A DNA stretch of 64,000 bases from an uncultured virus (IMG/VR IMGVR_UViG_3300020050_017898). Taxonomy: Duplodnaviria > Heunggongvirae > Uroviricota > Caudoviricetes. The DNA lies in the IMG/VR virus record IMGVR_UViG_3300020050_017898, one strand, 5' to 3'. The notes beneath the pieces are model-generated. The model was not told the origin of the DNA, did not search any database, and saw only the letters and a program-made list of their open reading frames with translations. Of the stretch, positions 61,496 to 64,000 are shown piece after piece (the first letter of the stretch is position 1; every line of letters begins with the position of its first letter). The translations under genes and the position numbers were made by a program.

Positions 61496-63208
61496 TTACT
61501 TTCTTAGATCAAACATTAATCTAATACAAGTTGGATATCTATTATCTTTTTTACTTAGTTTGGGCAAAACTTCTTGAATAAGAGAGGCTGCTTTTGTTAA
61601 TTGATTAGAATCAATCAAACTATTAACATTAATTAATAAATCTTCATAAGAAGACTTTTTCTTTAAACCTTCTAGTTGTGCATCAATATTAGCTTTGATT
61701 GTATCAAGATTCTTTTTAAATCCTTCTGGTAAATTTTTGTTTCCAACTAAAGCATTTAAATTACTACTTAACCCAAAAGTAATTAATTTTCTAAAATTAA
61801 GTAATTCTTCTGGAGTATTAAAAGTTGGGGGAGCTACAATAGTAGCTTTGGCTATGGTTGGTTCGGCTTTAGCTAGGAAATTTTCGAGAGCAATCTTATA
61901 TTTATCAGATTTTTTATCTTTACCATTTACTTCTTTTTTAAAAGAATTGAAATCTTCAATAACAGCAGATAAAATCCTTTGTAAATCCTCATTAGAAGAC
62001 TCGGCTGGTTTCAAATTTTCTATTGGTTTGGCTTTAGGAGGTTCTGGGGTGCTATTTAGTCCCATCATATCTTCTATACTAGCCAGGAAATCATCATCTA
62101 ATTCTTCTTTATCTGGCTCAACCTTCTTTTTTGGAGGTTCGGGAGCACTATCAATTTTAAGATTCATATCTTTAAGAAAGTCTAGGTTATTTTTCTTTTT
62201 CTTGGGAGCTTCCTTAACAGGTTCTTTAACTATTTCTTCTTCCAAAGCTTCAATTGGAACATCTTTGCTTATTAGTGGTTCACTAACAGGAATTTTTGTT
62301 TTCTCTGACTTAACTAGTTCAATAGGTTTATCTGAAATTTCAATTTTTTCTTCTACTTTTTTAGTTTCTTCTTTTAGATTCCAAACTAAGTCCTGAACAG
62401 ATAAAACAGACAAAGGAATTTCTTTTATTGGCTCAGCTTTTATTTCTTCTTTGACAATAACCTTTTCTATTGCTTTAGCTGCTACTGGTGGTAAAATTTC
62501 TTTTACGAATGGTTTAAAGTCAGAATTCAAAAAAGATTCTATTTTATTTTGAAGAGCCTGGATTTTGCTGGCGCACTCTTTGCTATGAGCAGCATAACTC
62601 ATTACATCATATTTTTTTAAATCATTTGATAATACATCAAAAACACCTAACACTTCTTTTAATCCTGTTTCAGTAGCATCAAGAGTAGTTTTAGTATTTT
62701 GAATTATAGGATTTTGTTCTGTAAATAATTTTTTCCAACGATCTTTATTAATTAAATTATAAAGCTTAGATGAATTTAGTAAATCAAATAATCCAGCAGT
62801 TTTAATCATCCCTAAATTAATATTTGAACGAAGATCTTCTAGGTCTCCACCCTGCTCTTTGAATTTATTTTTAGCAAAATCTTCAAATTTGAGATTACCT
62901 AATTGTTGAGTAATAACATTTTGATATTCAAATGTTTTCGATAAAATAGACATAATGCTAACTAGCTCTAATCCACTTTTTAGATAATTATCTTTTTCAT
63001 AAGCTGCTTTAGATGAAGATAAAGTTTTAGTAATTGATTTGTTGTTTAATCCAGTAATCAAACACATTCTAGATTTCTCATCAATATCAGAAATTATTTC
63101 AAATAATTCTTTTTGCTGAGGATCAAGTTTATTGCTTAACTTGCCTTTTAGATTTAACGCTTGATAGATTTTATCTAGAGTTTTACGTTCTTGGGCTTGT
63201 TTTTTCAT
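61496..63208 (-). CDS. Putative internal head protein with a Pro/Glu/Lys-rich linker
   Basis: Likely start MKKQAQ at 63208 (ATGA overlap), 570 aa. Confidence 0.55.
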   Translation of the reverse strand: MKKQAQERKTLDKIYQALNLKGKLSNKLDPQQKELFEIISDIDEKSRMCLITGLNNKSITKTLSSSKAAYEKDNYLKSGLELVSIMSILSKTFEYQNVITQQLGNLKFEDFAKNKFKEQGGDLEDLRSNINLGMIKTAGLFDLLNSSKLYNLINKDRWKKLFTEQNPIIQNTKTTLDATETGLKEVLGVFDVLSNDLKKYDVMSYAAHSKECASKIQALQNKIESFLNSDFKPFVKEILPPVAAKAIEKVIVKEEIKAEPIKEIPLSVLSVQDLVWNLKEETKKVEEKIEISDKPIELVKSEKTKIPVSEPLISKDVPIEALEEEIVKEPVKEAPKKKKNNLDFLKDMNLKIDSAPEPPKKKVEPDKEELDDDFLASIEDMMGLNSTPEPPKAKPIENLKPAESSNEDLQRILSAVIEDFNSFKKEVNGKDKKSDKYKIALENFLAKAEPTIAKATIVAPPTFNTPEELLNFRKLITFGLSSNLNALVGNKNLPEGFKKNLDTIKANIDAQLEGLKKKSSYEDLLINVNSLIDSNQLTKAASLIQEVLPKLSKKDNRYPTCIRLMFDLRK

Positions 63209-63936
63209 TTTAAATCCTGGAGGCGCTCTTTGAAGCAATTAAGAATGAATAATTTCTTTTTATCAGAATCCTGAACTAAACTCATTTCATTATCAATAAT
63301 TTTCATGGCTTGAGCTATTTTCCCTGATTCAATAAAATTATTTATTTTATCAGAAATTTCTATGTTTCTAATATGAGAAAAACTAATACTTGCAGTAGAT
63401 GATTTTGTTCCAATAAAATTGCTTAGTAAAACTTTGCGAATTTTTTCTAATTTAGTTTGGACAATTTTACTAGTTTTAGTTTTGACACTATCAATTTGAG
63501 TAATTAAAATTTGTAATTTATCTGTTGGTATTTTCTTTATAACTGACTCTGATTGAAAACCTAAGAAGATAAAAAAATCAGCTGGTAAATTGCTAGTAAT
63601 TTTTGAACTAACAGAGTTATTAATTATTTGATTTAAAGTATCAGTAAAAACCTCATCTTTTTCTGCTTTGATTTTTTTGATATTATCTAATATTATTTTT
63701 AAACCTTCAGTGCTTTCATCTCTATCATTTGATAAATGTTTTTTAATAGCAGAATTAATAAAAGCCAAATCTTCATAATTTAGATTTTTAAATTCTGAAG
63801 TCTTAACCATCAAAAGGTTTTTAAAGAAATCTGGTCCTAGTTTTTCTTTATCAATAAGTAACTGTGATAATGGATTGCCAACGGCGTTATTATCTTGACG
63901 TAACTTGTTTAATAATGGTTCAAAATAAAGATCCAT
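63205..63936 (-). CDS. Helical hypothetical protein (may extend upstream past the window)
   Basis: At least 243 aa; its C-terminal helix pattern resembles that of the 570-aa neighbour. Confidence 0.55.
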   Translation of the reverse strand: MDLYFEPLLNKLRQDNNAVGNPLSQLLIDKEKLGPDFFKNLLMVKTSEFKNLNYEDLAFINSAIKKHLSNDRDESTEGLKIILDNIKKIKAEKDEVFTDTLNQIINNSVSSKITSNLPADFFIFLGFQSESVIKKIPTDKLQILITQIDSVKTKTSKIVQTKLEKIRKVLLSNFIGTKSSTASISFSHIRNIEISDKINNFIESGKIAQAMKIIDNEMSLVQDSDKKKLFILNCFKERLQDLK

Positions 63937-64000
63937 ATACGTTTTAAATTTAACTACATAATCACTGATTTTTTTGGATAATCCAGCTGATAATTTATAA

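Noticed and set aside
53769..62396. Long plus-strand ORFs (53769-54257, 54775-55404, 56806-57168, 61695-62396; also 6834-7316 and 37997-38551)
   Set aside because: Ser/Phe/Leu-rich antisense shadows of Glu/Lys-rich minus-strand genes.

Overview
This window is the virion morphogenesis region of a large, AT-rich contractile-tailed (myovirus-type, probably jumbo) bacteriophage. Almost all genes lie on the minus strand, so transcription runs from the right end towards the left. In that order it encodes: putative internal head proteins (including a lytic transglycosylase and a Tyr/dual-specificity phosphatase), a 1243-aa prohead protease-scaffold, two probable decoration proteins, and a major capsid gene split by a group I intron that carries a LAGLIDADG endonuclease. 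An accessory patch follows (three GIY-YIG endonucleases, four CxxC paralogues, collagen-like fibres, HNH, cold-shock protein). Then come neck proteins, large fibres, tail terminator, sheath, tube, a tail chaperone pair with a -1 frameshift site, tape measure, tube initiator, baseplate hub and a partial spike gene. The most unusual signals are: (1) a DGY tripeptide seen 17 times in ten predicted exterior virion proteins and not seen in the internal ones; (2) the capsid-gene intron with a non-canonical P7; (3) shared K-x-A and helical motifs in head-module proteins; (4) a dense hairpin/palindrome array at about 23.9-24.2 kb; (5) a likely nested scaffold start inside the protease gene. All product calls come from motif recognition and gene order; no database searches were run.
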